Virus record (IMG/VR): IMGVR_UViG_3300020187_000092
Span: 1-36,578 of that record
DNA length: 36,578 nucleotides
DNA from: a virus
Lineage: Duplodnaviria > Caudoviricetes
Direction: 5' to 3' (one strand)
Part shown: positions 29,340 through 36,578 of the stretch, one piece after another
How the letters are laid out: every line of letters begins with the position of its first letter
Numbering within the stretch: position 1 is the stretch's first letter
Translations under genes and position numbers: made by a program
The notes under the pieces: model-generated
Database searches by the model: none
What the model was told of the DNA's origin: nothing
Seen by the model: the letters and a program-made list of their open reading frames with translations, nothing else

Positions 29340-30687
29340 AGTTTTCAATAAACTCTGGAAATTCTTCTGATTCGGATTGTAATGCTGATAGTAAAGCATC
29401 GGCAACATATATTCCTTGTGCCCCTGATACTGTGATACCACGAGCTGATAGAGCATCACCTACAAAGTGAACGTTATCATAATCAACTAATGATAGTGTT
29501 TCATAGTTAACCAATGGTTCAGGTGATAGATACTTAACTTCAGGAATATAAACACCCCAATCATCCCCAAGTGTTGGGAATACTTTTTTCATATCATCAA
29601 TAAAATCATCAATGTACGTATAGTAACCTTGGAATGCTTCTCTTACTTCATCCATTTCACTAATAGTGACAGCGCTTACATTCTCACCTTCAGATGTTGT
29701 AGATGGAGTACGTGTTGGGCTATAATATAAACCAGTACCATCTTTATTTACTTTAGATACTAACTCTCTAGACCAAGTAAATGGTTCATCAATACCTTGA
29801 ACTTCCATCAAGATACCAAAGTTGGTCATGTTATTTCTGAATGATTCGTCTTTTTTGGCGTGTCCATTGTACGAATGATCTCCATACGTTTCTTCAACGG
29901 CAACATAAGCTGCGTTGTTGTTAGTACAGAAGGAACGTAGTGATACTCCTTTGTCTTCGAATTTACGATACAATTTGAAATCATAACTTACATCAATAAG
30001 TTTTTGAAAGTGTTTCTGTGGTGCTTCAAATCGAACACCTATTTGTACTGGTTTTGGTTCAGTAGGTAATGTATAATCTGTAGCTAATTGTTTACCAAAG
30101 TCAATACCTGATTTACCAACAGCAAACATTAGTTTATTGTATTTTCGACCTATGATTGTTGGGTCTTCTGGATCTGAAAAATGTGCTATTTGTCTTTCAA
30201 AATCGATAGCTGTTACTTTAGTTTCCCAAATAAACTCAACACCTTTATCAACTAAAAAGTCATACCAATTTTTACCTATTTCGTGTAGATAATCCGTACC
30301 AACGTGCCATACAGGGAATAAACGTAAACCAAAATATGGTTTAATAAAATCTGGTTCCGCTACTGGGTTGGAACATTGTACTTCCTCTGGTTTAGGATGA
30401 AAACGTTTAAAATTGTTGATTACCTCATCAAACAATTCCATTGCTTTATCCTCACCACAATACTTAGACATATGTCCTCCAATTGCTGTGTGGTAAGTTA
30501 ATTTACCATCACTCCAACCCCCAGCACCTAAAAATCCAGTCATTACTTCTGAATATGGTCTGCGATATGGATCTTTACCCATATCAATGATTGTAATGTT
30601 TTTTCCGGGGAATCCGTTGTCTACTAGCTTAGTTGCAGCATTAACACCTGCTACACCAGCACCTACGATTACTAGTTTTTCTGCCAT
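29335..30687 (-). CDS. FAD-dependent oxidoreductase
   Basis: GAGVAG Rossmann motif, GFLGAGGWSDGKLT, IGVRFE, RSFC and FVGDA motifs. Confidence 0.88.
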   Translation of the reverse strand: MAEKLVIVGAGVAGVNAATKLVDNGFPGKNITIIDMGKDPYRRPYSEVMTGFLGAGGWSDGKLTYHTAIGGHMSKYCGEDKAMELFDEVINNFKRFHPKPEEVQCSNPVAEPDFIKPYFGLRLFPVWHVGTDYLHEIGKNWYDFLVDKGVEFIWETKVTAIDFERQIAHFSDPEDPTIIGRKYNKLMFAVGKSGIDFGKQLATDYTLPTEPKPVQIGVRFEAPQKHFQKLIDVSYDFKLYRKFEDKGVSLRSFCTNNNAAYVAVEETYGDHSYNGHAKKDESFRNNMTNFGILMEVQGIDEPFTWSRELVSKVNKDGTGLYYSPTRTPSTTSEGENVSAVTISEMDEVREAFQGYYTYIDDFIDDMKKVFPTLGDDWGVYIPEVKYLSPEPLVNYETLSLVDYDNVHFVGDALSARGITVSGAQGIYVADALLSALQSESEEFPEFIENY

Positions 30688-30707
30688 TTGTTTTTCTTTT
30701 TAACCCC

Positions 30708-30739
30708 TAAATATACGAAAGATATTTTGGGAATCCAAA
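30708..30739 (-). promoter_or_regulatory. Host-type (Bacteroidota sigma-A-like) promoter
   Basis: Minus strand TTTG-gattcccaaaatatctttcg(20 nt)-TATATTTA fits the TTTG-N19-21-TAnnTTTG consensus with one mismatch. Confidence 0.7.
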
Positions 30740-30742
30740 TTG

Positions 30743-30798
30743 TGAGGCCACAGCTCTCATAAAAAATTGAATTAGAATCGACTGGCTATGAATCAGTC
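30743..30798 (-). ncRNA. Candidate kissing-loop RNA element
   Basis: Hairpins GACUG-AUUCAUAGC-CAGUC and UGAG-AGCUGUGGC-CUCA have complementary loops. Confidence 0.45.
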
Positions 30799-31053
30799 TA
30801 AATGTATCTTGAGTGTAAGATTACCAGTGCCTTTTATAACACGATGCCACTCATGACGTTTGATAAATATACGATCGTTTAGTGAGGTAGGCAAGCTATC
30901 CTCTAATTGAATTGCCCAGTCTGTTTCTCCTAAAATCTCGATTGTTCTGTATTCATCATCCCTATGCCACATTAGTTCTATAGGGTCAATGTCTTGAGAA
31001 AATTCTCGAATAATATAACTGTCTGTTCTCTCCAGATCTTTATAAGGTTGCAT
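30793..31053 (-). CDS. Small cupin-like protein
   Basis: WHRDDEYRTI...HEWHRVIKG resembles the two-motif cupin metal site. Confidence 0.7.
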   Translation of the reverse strand: MQPYKDLERTDSYIIREFSQDIDPIELMWHRDDEYRTIEILGETDWAIQLEDSLPTSLNDRIFIKRHEWHRVIKGTGNLTLKIHLD

Positions 31054-31562
31054 TATCCAGCTTTTGTTTGAATTCTATACCATTCAACTCCATCAGACCA
31101 AACCATAATACCTTCATATGCTTTGTTAATAGTATAAGAACCAGCATCTCCATCTAAGGTTTGACCTGGGAGAGGGGTTAATTCAGCTCTTGTTGAGGTA
31201 GAAAAAGTATTATCACTAATAAATCTAATTGATCTGTTAACATTAACAGCAGCAGTAGCATCAGGAAGATATAAATCCATAGTACCCGTTGAACCCGTCC
31301 AATCTAAATGAATCATAGATGTATTAGCATAAGCCGAACCTGTAAGCCATTGATTTACCTCCTCTTGAACTGTTATATCAACCGGTACTAAATAACTATT
31401 ATTAGTGTTATTTTGGTTATAAGTTTCAATAGAACTAGTTACATAATTAGTAACATCATCTAAGGTAGTGTATTTAGTTACACCACCTTGAACATCTGCA
31501 AATAATTCATCCCCTTGTAAAGTAGATGAAGATGGTAATCCGGATATTGGTAAATTAGGCAT
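31053..31562 (-). CDS. Short fibre/decoration-like virion protein
   Basis: ISGLP...LQGDE...VQGGVTK leader and a C-terminal LPDAT...WSDGVEWY beta domain, both typical of phage fibre proteins. Confidence 0.65.
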   Translation of the reverse strand: MPNLPISGLPSSSTLQGDELFADVQGGVTKYTTLDDVTNYVTSSIETYNQNNTNNSYLVPVDITVQEEVNQWLTGSAYANTSMIHLDWTGSTGTMDLYLPDATAAVNVNRSIRFISDNTFSTSTRAELTPLPGQTLDGDAGSYTINKAYEGIMVWSDGVEWYRIQTKAG

Positions 31563-31812
31563 AAGCTGTTATAAAAATATTATTCCCGTCTTCTTGTTGT
31601 AAATTAAATAAATCTTCTTGGAGAAGAAAACCTACATTTTGAAGTGTTAGTTGTTTTTGTCCTTTATTTTGGTAAGTAATCCAATTAATACGAGCTTCGT
31701 TTAACTCATACAAATATTGATTGTATTGTTTTACTTGCTCGGTAAGTGGGAGTTTATAAATATGGTTTAACTCCTTAAACTGGGGCCAAAGTATTTCGTT
31801 AAATATATCCAT
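31555..31812 (-). CDS. Hypothetical 85-aa protein
   Basis: ATG 31812 is TAATG-coupled to the upstream stop; duplicated L(L/Q)QED motif at the C-terminus. Confidence 0.7.
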   Translation of the reverse strand: MDIFNEILWPQFKELNHIYKLPLTEQVKQYNQYLYELNEARINWITYQNKGQKQLTLQNVGFLLQEDLFNLQQEDGNNIFITAYA

Positions 31813-32444
31813 TACCAGAACCCACCAAAGTTTGATTTGAGTCCGAGTAATTTTGCATAACGTGGTAAGCGGCAAGACCAATACCCTGCTTTAGTTTTAT
31901 CCTTCTTTTGAGCACATTTGTGACGTTTAGCAAACGCATTACGTGCTTTTTTATCGTTGATTTTTGCTCTTAAACCACCTGAACCAAAACGTACTGTTTT
32001 GATATTTCCGGTTTTAGGGTCTTTAACATAAACCTTATATGCTTTACCCCCTGAAGAGTCACGCATTGGTTTATTTAATTTTTTAGTATTTTTCTTAGCT
32101 TTCTTCTTTTTAGCCTCATCGATTTCACCTTCTGTTAATTCGATAGGGAAATCTAATGGTACTTTTTGACCTTCAACTATACCGAAATGACCTAAATCTG
32201 TTTCAGTTAATACCTGTAGATCATCACCTTGCACCTCTAATATACCACGTGTGTATAAAGCGCGGGCTTCAGCCCATAATTCAAAATATTTTTGTGACCC
32301 CGCGCGATACACGTGCTCGGTAAGAGGTCGTGCGTTATCCATGTGATACTTAAGTCCCTCAGATAAAATTTCTTTGGGAGCTAAGTTTTCATTTATCAAT
32401 ACTGGTTTAGTTGGTGAACAACCTCCACATCCACAATCACACAT
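31812..32444 (-). CDS. Hypothetical protein with a Cys-rich leader and a basic C-terminal domain
   Basis: MCDCGCGGC start; KVYVKDPKTG...FG...RHKC...AGYWSC domain. Confidence 0.8.
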   Translation of the reverse strand: MCDCGCGGCSPTKPVLINENLAPKEILSEGLKYHMDNARPLTEHVYRAGSQKYFELWAEARALYTRGILEVQGDDLQVLTETDLGHFGIVEGQKVPLDFPIELTEGEIDEAKKKKAKKNTKKLNKPMRDSSGGKAYKVYVKDPKTGNIKTVRFGSGGLRAKINDKKARNAFAKRHKCAQKKDKTKAGYWSCRLPRYAKLLGLKSNFGGFW

Positions 32445-32445
32445 A

Positions 32446-33594
32446 TTATTCTTCGTCTTCAGCTATTAATTTTGAACCAAAACCAATTCTTGGTCTTAAG
32501 TTATTGGGGGTTAATTTTTCAAATTTAGCACCTGCTGATTTTAATTGTTGTGCCATTGCTTCAGGTGAACCCTTAACATAAATATACTCACCAGTATTTG
32601 GACCCTTAGCTCCAAAATCATGAGCTAAAAAATGAGTAAATCCTTCTTTACCAGAATAACGAATAAAGTTCATTAAAGCTACGTTGGTTTGAATAGACTC
32701 AGGAGAATCAAAATTTATATCATTTAATAAAACATTAACACTATCTCCTAAACCATTATCATTAGCTAAGATATCACCAAATGCTTGTTTAAATCCAGTT
32801 TTATCGTCTGTGGCTTTATAAGCATCAGATATAACTGAAGTAAATTGGTTCATTGGGTATTTTTTATCTTCAAATTCAACCCCTTGACGACCACCTTTTA
32901 CTTCAATACCAAAAGGTCCTAATTTATTATTTATCACACCTGATAGATTTGATGGTTTATCACCTAAAGTAGCACCTTCACCTTTAATCTCAAATTCTTC
33001 ACCATCTATGGATAAATCACCTTTACCTGAAGTTGAAGAACCTATATTATTAAATAAAAGAGACATACCAACTTCTCCCATACCAACACCTCTTTTACCT
33101 TCATCCTGGGAAGTGTGGTAGATAATTTTATCTACTACTTCGTTAGGTACACCTGTTTTAGATAAGGCGGTAAATAAATTACCTTTAGTATTAGTAGGGA
33201 AATTTATTTTTTCGTCAGGGTTATTTAAATAAGCAATAAAATCGTCTACTTCTTTTTTAGGAATATCTTCAATTAAATCTTGAATTTCTTTTGAAAATTT
33301 CTTTAAGATAATAGGATTGTATTGTTTTTTATCTAAAGTTTGTTTGATTGGACGGTAGGTAGTAAAGTTTTTAGTACGATTAAATAGTTTAGAGATTTGA
33401 TTATCGTCTAAATCTAAATCCTTGATTAAAGAAATTAAATCATTTTTTGTGATTTTTGGTTTTTCTTCCTCAGCTTCAACTATAGAACTAACCATCTCCA
33501 TTAACATTTCCATGTCTTTGGGGTCATTGACGTCAGGGTAACCTTTATCAAATTTATAAGCTACTCTATTTAAATATCTTTCTAATGCGTCCAT
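32446..33594 (-). CDS. Putative PD-(D/E)xK nuclease-fold protein
   Basis: GMGEV...KGDLSIDGEEFEIKG gives an E...D...ExK arrangement. Confidence 0.6.
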   Translation of the reverse strand: MDALERYLNRVAYKFDKGYPDVNDPKDMEMLMEMVSSIVEAEEEKPKITKNDLISLIKDLDLDDNQISKLFNRTKNFTTYRPIKQTLDKKQYNPIILKKFSKEIQDLIEDIPKKEVDDFIAYLNNPDEKINFPTNTKGNLFTALSKTGVPNEVVDKIIYHTSQDEGKRGVGMGEVGMSLLFNNIGSSTSGKGDLSIDGEEFEIKGEGATLGDKPSNLSGVINNKLGPFGIEVKGGRQGVEFEDKKYPMNQFTSVISDAYKATDDKTGFKQAFGDILANDNGLGDSVNVLLNDINFDSPESIQTNVALMNFIRYSGKEGFTHFLAHDFGAKGPNTGEYIYVKGSPEAMAQQLKSAGAKFEKLTPNNLRPRIGFGSKLIAEDEE

Positions 33595-33599
33595 TTAAC

Positions 33600-34043
33600 T
33601 TATTCTGTTTCTTCTGAATCTGAAGCATCTACTGAAATGTCTTCGCTTCCTTCTACATCAACTGACTCAGTATCTTCATCAGCAGCTCCATATCTTAAAA
33701 TACGAGCAATAGCATTTGTAGCATTTTGCTCTTCATTTAGATTAAGTAAGTAATATTTTTTACCTTCTACCTCAGCAATCCAACTTCTATCAGTATAAAC
33801 TAAATAAAAGGATTGACCATTCAAAAGGTTAATTCTAAATGTTGTAGGTTTAGGAGCTACCCAATCAATAGCATCTATAAACTTAGCATAATCGTGACCT
33901 AATAGATCTACGATTACAGCTTTAAGTTCAGGGAACTTGGTTAGTTCATCATACTCAACGGCTGTTACTTCTGCTTTTTTAACAGCAGAATAAGCAGTTG
34001 GAGCAAGTGATTTGATTTTAGCAATAAGTTCCTCTCTAGTCAT
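33600..34043 (-). CDS. Hypothetical protein with an acidic tail
   Basis: 147 aa; leader MTREELIAKIK; TAATG-coupled. Confidence 0.75.
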   Translation of the reverse strand: MTREELIAKIKSLAPTAYSAVKKAEVTAVEYDELTKFPELKAVIVDLLGHDYAKFIDAIDWVAPKPTTFRINLLNGQSFYLVYTDRSWIAEVEGKKYYLLNLNEEQNATNAIARILRYGAADEDTESVDVEGSEDISVDASDSEETE

Positions 34044-35449
34044 TATTTAGACTTTAATTGTTTAGCTAGTTTTTCAGCAACCCCATAAGCTTTTTTAACA
34101 GCATCTCCATAGGCCTTCATAGATTTATCATCAAACTCATCAATAGCTTCAACATCTTGAGCTACATCTACCATAGCATCGATTTGTGGTTCGTTAACCT
34201 CAAAATCTAAGTAGTGTTTTGCACCTACTAAAGCATCTTTTGATTTAACAATCTTTGATTGCCACCAGTGTGGGAAATCTACTTCACCTTCACCTTCAAA
34301 ACCATCTACCATTTGATAAAGTTCCATAGCATATTTTCCAATACGATATAGATCAGCTTTTAACATATGTGGCTCGTTGTCCTGATGTCCAAGATCTAGA
34401 TCCTCTTCTAATGGGGATTGATTAATTAAATGTAATGTACCTTCGATGTAATCGCTAAATTCTTGAGCTTTCTCAGGAGGTAAAGCGTTCATGATGGTAT
34501 TAAGTACATCCATTCCATATTTTTGGATGCCTAAAGTTCCTAACACCCCTACAAAGGCTCCCTTAAGTTTGTCTTTCAACCCTTCTTCAAGATCTTCGTC
34601 ATCCCCTTCGTATGAATCTTCGTCGCCTTCGATATCTTCTACCATAGAGACTAATGTGTTATCGTATGGGTTAGAACTTTCTACAAAGTTAAACACACCA
34701 TAAGCTTCACCTTGAGCTAAATATGATGGGAAGTAGGCTGCAATAATATTTCTTGCTTCTTCACCTAAAACTGATGCTTGGTCTATAATACTTCTTAGTT
34801 CATCTAAACCCGCTTCTTTACTTTCAGTAACTACGGATTTTTCTTCATCTAAAGGTTCCATAAGTCTAGCAGCGTTAGCCATAAAATCAGGAAACATCTT
34901 TCTAGCATAACTACGAGCGTTATTTAGTATCAAATCTTCTCTATCAGTTTCATACTCTGGGAAATCGTCCATGTAGAACTCTGTAGCATCTTCAGCAGCA
35001 AGCATGATTTTAGATAAACCTGGGAATTCTGTTGGTTCACCTAAGGTTCTATGCATTGATTGGTGTAAAGCAAACTGGTCTGAACTACCCCATTCGTTAA
35101 TATCGTTTTTGATTTTAACAGGGTGAATTTTACCACTACCTTCAGGAAATTCGAATTCTTTTTTACCTGCGTCTCTAGCAGCATCTGCAGCTACGATGAA
35201 GGCATTTCCTTCTTCTACTTGATCTTCCTTCATAGGACCCATCAATGCAGTTTTAACCATTTCTTTTAGTCTATCTTGATCCATTGCTTCTGTTTTCTTT
35301 TTAGCTAGGTTAGTGGCACGACCATACATTACCTTTTCCGCATCCTTACCATAACGCTTAACAAGTCCACGCTTGTTTTTTTTCATATCTTGAATGATAT
35401 CTTCGCGTCTGTCAAGTTCTGACTTGGTAAGTTTACGTTCGTTGAGCAT
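34043..35449 (-). CDS. Mosaic acidic putative internal head protein
   Basis: 468 aa; short domains separated by hydrophobic-x-E sites. Confidence 0.7.
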   Translation of the reverse strand: MLNERKLTKSELDRREDIIQDMKKNKRGLVKRYGKDAEKVMYGRATNLAKKKTEAMDQDRLKEMVKTALMGPMKEDQVEEGNAFIVAADAARDAGKKEFEFPEGSGKIHPVKIKNDINEWGSSDQFALHQSMHRTLGEPTEFPGLSKIMLAAEDATEFYMDDFPEYETDREDLILNNARSYARKMFPDFMANAARLMEPLDEEKSVVTESKEAGLDELRSIIDQASVLGEEARNIIAAYFPSYLAQGEAYGVFNFVESSNPYDNTLVSMVEDIEGDEDSYEGDDEDLEEGLKDKLKGAFVGVLGTLGIQKYGMDVLNTIMNALPPEKAQEFSDYIEGTLHLINQSPLEEDLDLGHQDNEPHMLKADLYRIGKYAMELYQMVDGFEGEGEVDFPHWWQSKIVKSKDALVGAKHYLDFEVNEPQIDAMVDVAQDVEAIDEFDDKSMKAYGDAVKKAYGVAEKLAKQLKSK

Positions 35450-35451
35450 GT

Positions 35452-35622
35452 TTATTTTTTATCTTCAGCAACTGATGCTTTGCGATATTCAGAAATCAAT
35501 TTTTTGATTCCACCTAATGCTTTACGAGCACGTCCGTGTGCTGCTTTTGAAGTACCTGCGTGCTCCATAGTAAATGATTCGTATAACGCGTCTAGTTGTT
35601 CTTTTAATTCTTGAGTGTTCAT
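35452..35622 (-). CDS. Histone H1-like (Hc1-type) small DNA-binding protein
   Basis: Not in the ORF track. MNTQELKEQLDALYESFTMEHAGTSKAAHGRARKALGGIKKLISEYRKASVAEDKK*; KAAxxRARK...E(Y/F)RKAS matches my recollection of Bacteroidota Hc1-like proteins. Confidence 0.75.
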   Translation of the reverse strand: MNTQELKEQLDALYESFTMEHAGTSKAAHGRARKALGGIKKLISEYRKASVAEDKK

Positions 35623-35643
35623 AAATTTAATTTTTATTGTTTA

Positions 35644-36578
35644 TTATTTGATTTTATTCCAAATAGGGAATTCTGATTTGTCTGATGATTCTTTAACAAC
35701 GTGTTGTCTTGTAAAGAAAGTTAAGGTATTACCGATTTGGTCTTCTAGTTTTTCGTCTCCTAACTCACGGGCAGCCATTAAAGCAGCTTCTAAGTTATCT
35801 TGTACGTCACCTACAGTACCACCTAACTCAGCTTCAGCATCTTGTTTTACGTCGATACCTTCTGGGTCAGAATCCATGTCCATATCAACATCAACGTCTA
35901 CTTCTTCTTCAGTATCGATTTCTACGTCTTCAACATCTTCTTCTTCTTCCTCTCTAATAGATAAAGCATCTAAAGCATCCATTGTACCTTCAAATCCTGG
36001 GATATCGCTTACAGGACCCATTTCGATATCGTGGTCTCTCATAATAGCACCTAGGTAAGTTTGGGCGTCATCTGTTGACATTGCTCTAACTACAGCTTCA
36101 AATGCTGCTTCACCACCTAAAGCGTTTAGGATAGCTTCGGCCATATCTTGATCAGCATCTACTAATGTTTCCTCAACTGAAGTTTCAGCTAACATAGCTG
36201 CTTTGATCATTTCTTTTAATTCTGATTTTTTCATTTTATTTGATTTTGGGGCTTCACCTTCTTCCATGTAATCGCTCATTTCTTTTCTACGTTCCATGTA
36301 GTCAGTATCTCCACCCATTTCAGCTTTTGATTGTTCAGCATCTAACATTGTAAAACCTGAACCATCCATAGTAGCTACTAAGCCACCTTTTTCGCTGTTT
36401 CTAATTTCATACCCGTTATCTGTTGGTTTAACTCTAAACATACCACCCCAACCTTCACCAGTACCATATTTGGCATCGTCTTCTGGGGTTTGTTCTGTTG
36501 CTTCTGTATCTAGTTCGAATGACATTCCATCTACATTACCTACTTTGTAAATCATGTAAGTTGAGAATCTATCACCTT
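35644..36578 (-). CDS. Acidic putative internal head protein, 5' end outside the window
   Basis: The frame stays open upstream of ATG 36555 to the window edge (GDRFSTY-MIYK); internal MKKSELKEMIK motif. Confidence 0.75.
   Translation of the reverse strand, partial: GDRFSTYMIYKVGNVDGMSFELDTEATEQTPEDDAKYGTGEGWGGMFRVKPTDNGYEIRNSEKGGLVATMDGSGFTMLDAEQSKAEMGGDTDYMERRKEMSDYMEEGEAPKSNKMKKSELKEMIKAAMLAETSVEETLVDADQDMAEAILNALGGEAAFEAVVRAMSTDDAQTYLGAIMRDHDIEMGPVSDIPGFEGTMDALDALSIREEEEEDVEDVEIDTEEEVDVDVDMDMDSDPEGIDVKQDAEAELGGTVGDVQDNLEAALMAARELGDEKLEDQIGNTLTFFTRQHVVKESSDKSEFPIWNKIK

Noticed and set aside
7580-35000. Other short + strand ORFs (7580, 8350, 11542, 12799, 14206, 16410, 17964, 20651, 21877, 23837, 26129, 27853, 34491)
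   Set aside because: All lie opposite well-supported minus-strand genes and have shadow-like composition; 35615-36058 likewise.
1-36578. Stop-codon reassignment, tRNAs or integration functions
   Set aside because: Genes tile densely under the standard code, with TAA, TAG and TGA all used as stops; no cloverleaf or integrase was seen by eye.

Overview
AT-rich segment of a large T4-superfamily-like dsDNA tailed phage, with all credible genes on the minus strand. In transcription order (right to left): a cluster of acidic, probable internal-head proteins, including a small histone-H1-like (Hc1-type) gene missed by the ORF track and a PD-(D/E)xK nuclease-like protein; a small enzyme island (FAD-dependent oxidoreductase, 93-aa protein, P-loop kinase/ATPase) behind host-type promoters; a lipoprotein; the head module (terminase gp17, portal gp20, protease gp21, scaffold, major capsid gp23); phoH; neck/tail-completion proteins (gp13/14/15-like); and many Ser/Gly/Thr-rich and collagen-like fibre genes with a duplicated lectin-like adhesin. 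Two TTTG-N20-TAnnTTTG-like promoters, A-rich leaders lacking Shine-Dalgarno sites and the Hc1-like gene suggest a Bacteroidota host (inference). Main items to follow up: two candidate structured RNAs (a three-way junction at 1364-1416, a kissing loop at 30743-30798), a late-promoter-like motif inverted relative to T4, and candidate protease-processed virion cargo. All calls come from reading motifs by eye; no searches were run.
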